Of a stretch of 64,000 nucleotides of DNA, positions 9,400-15,541 are shown piece by piece; positions within the stretch are counted from its first letter, which is position 1; every line of letters begins with the position of its first letter. This DNA is from an uncultured virus (IMG/VR IMGVR_UViG_3300028590_000012) (Duplodnaviria; Heunggongvirae; Uroviricota; Caudoviricetes). The stretch lies in the IMG/VR virus record IMGVR_UViG_3300028590_000012, one strand, 5' to 3'. The notes beneath the pieces are model-generated. The model made no database searches and was not told the DNA's origin. It was given only the letters and a program-made list of their open reading frames with translations. The position numbers and the translations under genes are program-made.

Positions 9400-9474
9400 T
9401 GGTGGTTCGCCACGGTACTGCCCCGTGTTCTCAAGGTTAAGAGCCAAGTGCATCACTTCGTATGCTTGCGAACC
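9400..9474 (-). tRNA. tRNA-Lys(CTT)
   Basis: GGTTCGC/GCGAACC, loop CTCTTAA, mismatched anticodon stem. Confidence 0.8.
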
Positions 9475-9476
9475 AA

Positions 9477-9563
9477 TGGCGGTTGATGGAGGTATTGCGC
9501 CCCAAGGATTGCTCCTCCACCTGTTTTCCAAACAGGGACAGCCCCTTGACTGTGCCACCAACC
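9477..9563 (-). tRNA. tRNA-Ser(GGA)
   Basis: CCTGT-TTGGAAA-ACAGG, long arm, G73. Confidence 0.8.
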
Positions 9564-9566
9564 AAA

Positions 9567-9792
9567 TTCAGACAATAGCCGCGATTCTGTAACCCTTTCG
9601 GGGTTCATCATTCGACTGACGATTTCTCGCCGGGAGTATTAACTTCCCCGCACCAACCCGCCTTCTCAGGGAAGCACTACCCTCAGGCTGTTTGGCTTGC
9701 TGATACCACGTAGTAAAAACGGACGAATCCTCCTACGGCTGCTTTTCAGTCGCGAACTTCCTCACCATTGCTGGCGCGATGAACTATCTGAA
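9567..9792 (-). ncRNA. rnpB: Minimal bacterial-type RNase P RNA (~226 nt; catalytic domain intact, S-domain largely missing)
   Basis: P1 TTCAGATA/TGTCTGAA; P2 GTTCATC/GATGAAC; P3 CGCCA-GCAA-TGGTG; GAGGAAGTTCGCGAC and ACAGAATCGCGGCTAT (P4); AGCAAG-CC-AAACAG...GGGTTGG-TGC (P15 with GGU); P18 GGCGA-GAAA-TCGTC; P19 CCC-GAAA-GGG. Confidence 0.85.
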
Positions 9793-9793
9793 A

Positions 9794-9869
9794 TGGAGCC
9801 CAAGGTCGGATGTGCGCCGACCATCTCCCGCTTACCGAGCGGGCGCATCGCTATCTATGCTTCATGGGC
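9794..9869 (-). tRNA. tRNA-Thr(GGT), C33
   Basis: CCCGC-TCGGTAA-GCGGG, CCA. Confidence 0.8.
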
Positions 9870-9874
9870 AAAAA

Positions 9875-9948
9875 TGGTCCGTGACCCCAGAGTTGCACTG
9901 GGCCTGCATCTTTCACAGAGATGAATGCTTCTGCTACACTATCCACGG
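9875..9948 (-). tRNA. tRNA-His(GTG), A73, no encoded G-1
   Basis: CATCT-CTGTGAA-AGATG, ACCA end. Confidence 0.8.
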
Positions 9949-9949
9949 A

Positions 9950-10017
9950 TGGAGCCTCATCTGGCATCTCAGCCAGCACGCCTATTTACGAAACAGGACT
10001 AGGATCTTACATGAGGC
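9950..10017 (-). tRNA. tRNA-Thr(CGT), reduced D arm
   Basis: GCCTCAT/ATGAGGC, CCTGT-TTCGTAA-ATAGG, only 68 nt. Confidence 0.65.
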
Positions 10018-10020
10018 AAA

Positions 10021-10099
10021 TGGCGCTCCGAGTAGGACTTGCACCCACAACCACATCGGTTCGAAGCCGAGTATGCAAAAGCTCTTACACCTCCGGAGC
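10021..10099 (-). tRNA. tRNA-Arg(TCG)
   Basis: Loop CTTCGAA, GCTCCGG/TCGGAGC, CCA. Confidence 0.8.
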
Positions 10100-10103
10100 A
10101 AAA

Positions 10104-10177
10104 TGGTGTTCCTGCCGAGATTCGCACTCGGGGCTGTACCTTCGCAGGGTACCGTGATTCTGCTTCACTACAGGAAC
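10104..10177 (-). tRNA. tRNA-Arg(GCG)
   Basis: GTACC-CTGCGAA-GGTAC, GTTCCTG/CAGGAAC, CCA. Confidence 0.85.
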
Positions 10178-10178
10178 A

Positions 10179-10253
10179 TGGTGCCCTACCCCAGTGCTGC
10201 CCTGGGTCATCCGCTTTGGAAGAGCGGCATCATAGCTGGTAGATCAGTAAGGC
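10179..10253 (-). tRNA. tRNA-Gly(TCC), A73
   Basis: CCGCT-CTTCCAA-AGCGG. Confidence 0.8.
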
Positions 10254-10269
10254 TTGTTGAACAATAAAG

Positions 10270-10344
10270 TGGCCGTTGGAATCCGTAACGCTCGGATCTC
10301 TGCGGTTCTTCAGACCGCCGCACATCTGTCTATGCCATCCAACG
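10270..10344 (-). tRNA. tRNA-Phe(GAA), G73
   Basis: GCGGT-CTGAAGA-ACCGC. Confidence 0.8.
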
Positions 10345-10348
10345 AGAA

Positions 10349-10422
10349 TGGTCCTCCGGGGTGGTACTGCCCCACCGTCTTGCGTTTATCAAACGCGGAT
10401 TCTGCTTTTGAACTACAGGAGG
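10349..10422 (-). tRNA. tRNA-Ile(GAT)
   Basis: Loop TTGATAA, CCTCCTG acceptor, CCA. Confidence 0.85.
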
Positions 10423-10423
10423 A

Positions 10424-10497
10424 TGGTGCCCAGCCGAGGAATCTCACCCCGTCTTCAGCTTTGTAAGAGCCGCTCGCTAATGTTACAACAGCCGGGC
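10424..10497 (-). tRNA. tRNA-Val(TAC)
   Basis: CGGCT-CTTACAA-AGCTG. Confidence 0.8.
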
Positions 10498-10500
10498 AAA

Positions 10501-10573
10501 TGGTGGCGGGGGTGGGAGTCGCGCCCACGGAGGCAAGCTTATGAGACTCGCTGGAATACTCATTCTCCCCGAC
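10501..10573 (-). tRNA. tRNA-Met(CAT) (initiator/elongator/Ile2 status unresolved)
   Basis: CGAGT-CTCATAA-GCTTG; fMet-like CGGGG/CCCCG acceptor. Confidence 0.75.
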
Positions 10574-10579
10574 ATAAAA

Positions 10580-10656
10580 TGGTGCCTGTGGCAGGATTTG
10601 CACCCGCAACCTCTGCGTTCTAAGCGCAGCGCCTCTGCTGGTTGGGCTACACAGGC
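10580..10656 (-). tRNA. tRNA-Leu(TAG), short variable arm
   Basis: GCCTGTG/CACAGGC, CTGCG-CTTAGAA-CGCAG, variable loop AGGTT. Confidence 0.85.
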
Positions 10657-10662
10657 ATAAAA

Positions 10663-10737
10663 TGGCGACCTCACCGGGTAACGCTCCCGATATTCCACCT
10701 TGAGAGGGTGGCGTCTCATCTTTTCGACTTTGAGGCC
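10663..10737 (-). tRNA. tRNA-Glu(CTC)
   Basis: CCACC-CTCTCAA-GGTGG. Confidence 0.8.
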
Positions 10738-10738
10738 A

Positions 10739-10805
10739 TGTTCCCAAACGGTAACGCTCCGTTTCATCAGACTTAGGAGGTCCGAGCCCGTCTATTGGTG
10801 GGAAC
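10739..10805 (-). tRNA. tRNA-Arg(CCT), reduced D arm, no encoded CCA
   Basis: GTTCCCA/TGGGAAC, CGGAC-CTCCTAA-GTCTG. Confidence 0.65.
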
Positions 10806-10811
10806 GGAAAG

Positions 10812-10887
10812 TGGCGGTTGAGACGGGTGCTGCCCCCGCTCGGTCCAGCTTGACGGGCTGGCATTGATGCTGTTCAAACTCTCAACC
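10812..10887 (-). tRNA. tRNA-Asp(GTC), C33
   Basis: CCAGC-CCGTCAA-GCTGG, G73. Confidence 0.8.
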
Positions 10888-10888
10888 G

Positions 10889-10974
10889 TGGCGGGTCACT
10901 GAGGTATCGCGCCCCAAGCCTTTCGGCTCCATCCGTTTTCAAGACGGCGACAGGACTTTCCTGTTTAATGACCC
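10889..10974 (-). tRNA. tRNA-Ser(TGA)
   Basis: Loop CTTGAAA, long arm, G73. Confidence 0.8.
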
Positions 10975-10978
10975 AAAA

Positions 10979-11053
10979 TGGCACCAGCACTTGGAGTCGC
11001 ACCAAGCTCGTGCGGTTTAACAGACCGACTGCGCACTCCGCGCATCTACTGGT
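10979..11053 (-). tRNA. tRNA-Asn(GTT)
   Basis: Loop CTGTTAA, G73-CCA. Confidence 0.8.
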
Positions 11054-11054
11054 A

Positions 11055-11121
11055 TATCCCATCACGGTAACGCTCCGTGCCTGAGTCTTTAGAAGAGACT
11101 TGTCCGTCTATCGGATGGGAT
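11055..11121 (-). tRNA. tRNA-Arg(TCT), reduced D arm, no encoded CCA
   Basis: ATCCCAT/ATGGGAT, AGTCT-CTTCTAA-AGACT. Confidence 0.7.
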
Positions 11122-11125
11122 GAAA

Positions 11126-11201
11126 TGGTCGGGCTACTGGGACTCGCACCCAGGATGTTCTGATCCCAAATCAGACGGATTAGCTGCTATCCTACAGCCC
11201 G
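11126..11201 (-). tRNA. tRNA-Pro(TGG)
   Basis: C1-G72, TCTGA-TTTGGGA-TCAGA, A73. Confidence 0.85.
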
Positions 11202-11202
11202 A

Positions 11203-11287
11203 TGGTGTATGGGGTCGGTAACGCTCCGACACAGTGCTAAGACGACGGGTTTACAGTCCGCGAGGCTCACTTTTGCCCAGCCCATAC
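11203..11287 (-). tRNA. tRNA-Tyr(GTA)
   Basis: Loop CTGTAAA, long variable arm, A73. Confidence 0.8.
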
Positions 11288-11288
11288 A

Positions 11289-11366
11289 TGGACTCCGTGG
11301 CGAGATTTCCACTCGCAAACCCTGAATTTTAAGAACAGGAGGTTTGGTAATTACCGTCACACGGAG
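11289..11366 (-). tRNA. tRNA-Leu(TAA), short variable arm, weak anticodon stem
   Basis: CTCCGTG/CACGGAG, loop CTTAAAA. Confidence 0.65.
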
Positions 11367-11380
11367 GTTGATTGTTAAAA

Positions 11381-11456
11381 TGGTGGAGATGAAGAGATTC
11401 GCACTCTCATAATCGCAACTTGCAAGGTTGGAGCATCCTCGTCTAGCCACATCCCC
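11381..11456 (-). tRNA. tRNA-Ala(TGC)
   Basis: G3:U70 pair, loop CTTGCAA. Confidence 0.85.
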
Positions 11457-11466
11457 ATTTTGAAAT

Positions 11467-11542
11467 TGGAGGCCAACCCCAGACTCCCACTGGGTAAATC
11501 GCGCTTTGCAGGCGCACGCTTCGAGTCTTTAGCTTGTTGGCC
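11467..11542 (-). tRNA. tRNA-Cys(GCA)
   Basis: Loop CTGCAAA, U73-CCA. Confidence 0.85.
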
Positions 11543-11543
11543 A

Positions 11544-11615
11544 TGGCAGGTTGCCTCAGTGCCGCCCTGAGCGGGATCGGATTTGGAGTCCAATCTGCAC
11601 GCTGGTGCGCAACCT
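11544..11615 (-). tRNA. tRNA-Trp(CCA)
   Basis: AGGTTGC/GCAACCT, loop CTCCAAA, G73. Confidence 0.8.
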
Positions 11616-11620
11616 ATAAC

Positions 11621-11691
11621 TGCGGTCGGCGGGAATTGCACCCGCATCTCATCGTTGGCAACGACAAATCCTGCTATTGAACGACGACCGC
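11621..11691 (-). tRNA. tRNA-Gly(GCC), A73, no encoded CCA
   Basis: GCGGTCG/CGACCGC, loop TTGCCAA. Confidence 0.85.
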
Positions 11692-11788
11692 GTGAAAACA
11701 AAAAGAACAGACCTTTCTCATTCCTGAGCCCACAGGTATTTCGCGGTGGTGTTTCGGAGATTCGGGCTCTCCTTCCAATCTGGCCCTT

Positions 11789-11850
11789 AAAATGAAAAAC
11801 CCTACTGGCTTGTTAGCGAGCAGGGTGAAAATGTTTTCTTGTGCTCGCTA
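11789..11850 (-). promoter_or_regulatory. Transcription attenuator (antiterminator/terminator switch)
   Basis: Terminator CCCTGCTCGCT-AACA-AGCCAGTAGGG-TTTTTCATTTT. TAGCGAGCA (11850-11842) pairs perfectly with TGCTCGCTA (11822-11814) in the terminator 5' arm. Confidence 0.8.
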
Positions 11851-11851
11851 G

Positions 11852-11950
11852 TTATTGACGCATCGGTTCTGCATTACGCAGGATGGAGCAATAATCTCCC
11901 GTCCAGATAAACTGGCTTTGGGATTTTGAATGCGAGGTTGTCTTGAACAT
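11852..11950 (-). CDS. Leader peptide of the tRNA operon (32 aa)
   Basis: MFKTTSHSKSQSQFIWTGDYCSILRNAEPMRQ*; the stop lies 1 nt before the antiterminator strand. Confidence 0.75.
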   Translation of the reverse strand: MFKTTSHSKSQSQFIWTGDYCSILRNAEPMRQ

Positions 11951-11956
11951 GGATGA

Positions 11957-11986
11957 AGTATTGTGCTAAACCATCAGGAATGTCAA
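11957..11986 (-). promoter_or_regulatory. Sigma70-type promoter of the tRNA operon (probably leaderless)
   Basis: TTGACA-N18-AATACT-N6-ATG. Confidence 0.55.
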
Positions 11987-12130
11987 CTGCATTCATTTCA
12001 TGACGACGAATTCCACACCCACACCCGAAAACCCCCGTAGCGAGCCTCCTACGCGCAAGGAAGGCCATCCCAGAAACTATCCCAGCGGTATCCGTGAGGA
12101 TCGCCCAGAAGACGATGTAGAGTATGACAC

Positions 12131-12475
12131 GTGAAATCCCTCCCCGCTAAAGAACTCTCCCTGCGCCCCTACCATGGAAGGCTGTTCGTGGCCAAGAGCA
12201 AGAATTCCTACCTCAAGGCCCACCAGATGTTGTTCAAGGAACCGGATGTTCTGGAATGCAATATATCTGGACGGTTCTCAGGAAAGATGAGCGCAGGAGG
12301 CGGCCATGACGAGATGTGGACCTACCTCGTCTGGGGTAACGCTCCTCACACCCTTGTCCACGAACTCTCCCATGCTGTCCTCCATGTATTCGAGCGCTGC
12401 GGGATCGACCCCAGGGAGGCTGGAGGAGAGCCCTTCTGCTACATGCTTTCCCAGCTTATGCTGGAGGCGAGGTAG
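12131..12475 (+). CDS. Small HExxH (zincin-like) phage protein
   Basis: TLVHELSHAV...GEPFCYM. Confidence 0.6.
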   Translation: MKSLPAKELSLRPYHGRLFVAKSKNSYLKAHQMLFKEPDVLECNISGRFSGKMSAGGGHDEMWTYLVWGNAPHTLVHELSHAVLHVFERCGIDPREAGGEPFCYMLSQLMLEAR

Positions 12476-12680
12476 GGGGATGGATGTAGGTCCAATGGGA
12501 TGGCTCTACAATTTCCCAGTCACATTCACAGATCGGACCAATATACCAACCCTTGCTACTATCAACGCCATCTACAATTCCGAATCTGTCTCCGTACTCT
12601 TCTGAGCGTATCCAAATGAGAACTGTTGACCCCGGTTCTGGGGATGCCTCTTTGGATGGAATCCATTTGAGAGTATTCAT
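12456..12680 (-). CDS. DUF551-like small phage protein
   Basis: KWIPSKEASPEPGSTVLIW...PSHWTYIHPP. Confidence 0.55.
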   Translation of the reverse strand: MNTLKWIPSKEASPEPGSTVLIWIRSEEYGDRFGIVDGVDSSKGWYIGPICECDWEIVEPSHWTYIHPPTSPPA

Positions 12681-12901
12681 GCTTGTTGAACAATAGTTGG
12701 CGGTTCAGGGAGGGGCATCCAGTAGGTAATTTTATCCCACATTTCAACATTGCAATCGTATCCTCCTATGCACTGCGGACAACACCAGTGCCGAATTGTA
12801 CGGTCATATGATGCCATACCCATCATTGTTCCGTCCCATACCAAAACGTCTCCTGCTTTAGATTCCGGCAACCGCTCCTCTACGCTGATCCAAGTGTTCA
12901 T
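12677..12901 (-). CDS. DUF551 family protein
   Basis: MNTWISVEERLPE...ITYWMPLPEPP. Confidence 0.75.
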   Translation of the reverse strand: MNTWISVEERLPESKAGDVLVWDGTMMGMASYDRTIRHWCCPQCIGGYDCNVEMWDKITYWMPLPEPPTIVQQA

Positions 12902-12944
12902 ACCCTCCATTCTGCCACAGCCATCAGACAGTGCAAGGAGATAG

Positions 12945-12973
12945 TTGACAGGATGCGACATGGTGCGTATGGT
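12945..12973 (+). promoter_or_regulatory. Sigma70-type promoter
   Basis: TTGACA-N17-TATGGT, ATG 6 nt downstream (12980). Confidence 0.65.
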
Positions 12974-13181
12974 ATCCCCATGATCCTCTTCTGCGCAGCA
13001 AACCTAACCCTGATCTCCGCAGGCATTGCCTGGGACAGATTATTCCCGGCAAGAATGGGCCGGAAATCCCTTCACATTCAGGCCATTTTGAGGAAATCAT
13101 GAACACTGAGAGGACCAGATGCTCATGAAGTGCGTATATCGAAAATGATCCAGCTAACACCACGATGAGGAATCCCGAGCC

Positions 13182-13499
13182 ATGAGCGCGACCAGAAAGA
13201 GCGGCAATCCCGAGGGATTTGCTCCATCGCCTGTTCGACAATATGGGCCTTGGTCCACGGAGTACGGTGTAGAAATGATCGAGGAAATTGGTGGATCGTG
13301 GGCAAATGTGGACGATTACGAAACTCTCAAACGAGAACATAAAAATCTGTGGGATGCTCTGCAAGAACTGGTCAACGACGAGTGGCGAGTGTGTTGCGAC
13401 TATGGGCCGTATGAGGAAAGAGCCGCGATCCTAAAGCGGGCCGAAGATGCTTTGTCGAACAGCGCTCCGAGCAGCGGAGGAGGGCAAAATGAGCGTTAA
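13182..13499 (+). CDS. Hypothetical phage protein
   Basis: 105-aa ORF in a plus-strand run. Confidence 0.5.
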   Translation: MSATRKSGNPEGFAPSPVRQYGPWSTEYGVEMIEEIGGSWANVDDYETLKREHKNLWDALQELVNDEWRVCCDYGPYEERAAILKRAEDALSNSAPSSGGGQNER

Positions 13500-14372
13500 C
13501 GGAACGTCTGCTCCGGCAAGTGGTTCACGCGACATGGAGCGTGCCAGCAAAGAAGCCCGACGGAGTGGAGCGGCGCGCTGTTCACGCGACCTGTGCCCGA
13601 CCTGCAAGGGCCGAGGCTGCATTTCGCTGGTGATTAACTATCAGCACACCAGCGCCAATTGCGACCGGTGCCAGGGCACAGGTCGCGTGAACGTGGAAGT
13701 GAGCCACCGAGAGGAGGCGTCCGATGTCTGAATCAACATCAACGGCGGTTGGCTCGACTGACTGGGTAGCCGCCGCCCGAACATGCGAGACGCTCGCGAA
13801 TGAAATAGATGTGCTCCTGAAGACCGTGGGGACGGAGACAATGCGCGAACTCACGAATCTCTCCGACGACAGACATGCGCTCTGGAGAGCCGCGAGAGCA
13901 CTACAGACCAAGGCGGCTACCAGTGATTCAGCAATCGCCGTTCGTGTATCAAATCCCGCAACCGAAACTCCCCCAAAGGAATAACCAAAATCACCCTCAT
14001 GAGCCAATCCGCCTACAGACTACGCCGGAAGCCCTACAGCAAGCATGAACTACAAGACCACTGGGAATGCCGGGAAGGCTCCACGAATGGCAGATATGAG
14101 GATTCCTGCTGGTGCTGTGGGGAGGAACGGGAGAAAGATTCCGAACAAGAACACCACGATGAAGAGTGAACTCAGGATGCGGTTTGAAACCGTGTTTTAC
14201 ACAGAACAGGAGAGGGAATGCCTTCGACAAGAGCGTATCAGAGAAGCCATGGCTTGGATTCCTCCAATGACCTACTCCAAGGAGGTGATCCTTTATCCTG
14301 GAGACGCTGGCTATGACAATGCTCCGTATGTCATGGGATGTGAGTTTGGGACAATCTCTTACCCCATCACGA

Positions 14373-14702
14373 ATGAGTGACTTGTTGAACAATACTCCTG
14401 AAATTCGCGGCATTCAGAGAACCGTTCCGATATTTGATGATTTTCCTACCATATCTCCCACAGGAATTGAGGCCGAGGTCTGCGCTGACATCGCCTCCCG
14501 TCAGGCTGTTGGGATCAGGAAATACGGTGTGACGTTGGCGGAAAATCCCGCTGACCTTCTGGAACGACTTCAGCACGCCTACGAGGAATGCTTGGATCAA
14601 GCCTGCTACCTGAAGTGGGCCATGAAGGTATTCAATGTAACTTCCCATTCCCACGCCTCAAAAGCCTCTGTAGCGTGTCCTGATGGCGAAACCATGCCAT
14701 GA
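14373..14702 (+). CDS. Conserved-looking phage hypothetical protein
   Basis: RQAVGIRKYGVTL...LQHAYEECLDQACYLK; stop overlaps the next start (ATGA). Confidence 0.6.
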   Translation: MSDLLNNTPEIRGIQRTVPIFDDFPTISPTGIEAEVCADIASRQAVGIRKYGVTLAENPADLLERLQHAYEECLDQACYLKWAMKVFNVTSHSHASKASVACPDGETMP

Positions 14703-14920
14703 CACCTGAACCGATCGTAATCGGCGCTACGAAAGATCGTTGGGAGGAAATCTTGGAAGCCCTAGAGTCTGGCCTGGAATACTCTCGCGATTGCCTTGCA
14801 ACCCACGATTCCACCCTTGGACGAACTATCCGAAGAAACCGGGTTGCGGCAGAACGCTTGGAACAAGACATTGCTCAAATTATTGAACAGATGGAATATG
14901 TGAAGAATTGCGTATTATGA
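14699..14920 (+). CDS. Hypothetical protein
   Basis: ATGA-coupled to the upstream ORF. Confidence 0.5.
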   Translation: MTPEPIVIGATKDRWEEILEALESGLEYSRDCLATHDSTLGRTIRRNRVAAERLEQDIAQIIEQMEYVKNCVL

Positions 14921-15080
14921 CACCTGAACCCGAATACACGGGCAAATGGCAGGTTTCTACCATGGAGTGCATGGCCTGTGGGACTATTCAGGTATCCGTG
15001 CACCCTGTAACCTGCGAATATCTGGAGTGCTACATGTGCCACAGACTGATGCCAGCACCGTTTTTGGAGGAGAGTTTGGA

Positions 15081-15488
15081 ATGAAAATACTATGCGTATG
15101 CCGAGGAGGCAATGTCCGGTCAGTTGCAGCCAAGATGATCCTGAAGAGATACTTCGGGCATGAAACTCTTGCCTGCGGGTGGGAGAACAATGCCTGGGAG
15201 ACGCTGTGCCTGCTAGGTGAATGGGCTGACCGTGTGATTGTCATGCACAATGATTTCACCGCTATGCTCCCTGCTCATATCCAGGGGAAGACATACTGCC
15301 TGCATGTCGGAGAGGACATTTGGGGGAACCCTTTTCATGAAGAATTGCAGGATCGGATTTACCACCTCGTGATGGCCGACAAAGTATTGTCCAATAATAA
15401 ATCCCCCAAGTTGGATACCGTGATTTCCCGGCTTAGGAAATATCGGGATAAGATCGCGGAACGAAATGTTCAGGATATTGCTGTGTAG
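15081..15488 (+). CDS. Low-molecular-weight protein tyrosine phosphatase-like protein
   Basis: N-terminal MKILCVCRGGNVRS (CX5RS P-loop), WADRVIVM. Confidence 0.75.
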   Translation: MKILCVCRGGNVRSVAAKMILKRYFGHETLACGWENNAWETLCLLGEWADRVIVMHNDFTAMLPAHIQGKTYCLHVGEDIWGNPFHEELQDRIYHLVMADKVLSNNKSPKLDTVISRLRKYRDKIAERNVQDIAV

Positions 15489-15541
15489 GGGTTGACAGGA
15501 AGTGATACTCGCAGGAGTGACCGTTCCTGCTGCGGGTTACT

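Noticed and set aside
9567..9792. tmRNA or group I intron
   Set aside because: No tRNA-Ala-like ends or tag ORF and no interrupted host gene; the motifs match RNase P P4/P15.
10580..11366. Suppressor tRNAs or a recoded genetic code (anticodons TAG, TGA, TAA)
   Set aside because: These anticodons read CUA, UCA and UUA. No CTA/TTA/TCA anticodon was found, and genes end normally at all three stops.
8466..11795. Many ORFs in the track across the tRNA array
   Set aside because: They overlap well-formed tRNA/ncRNA genes and show no protein motifs. The HNH ORF's extension to 8560 overlaps tRNA-Lys, so its start was moved to 8458.
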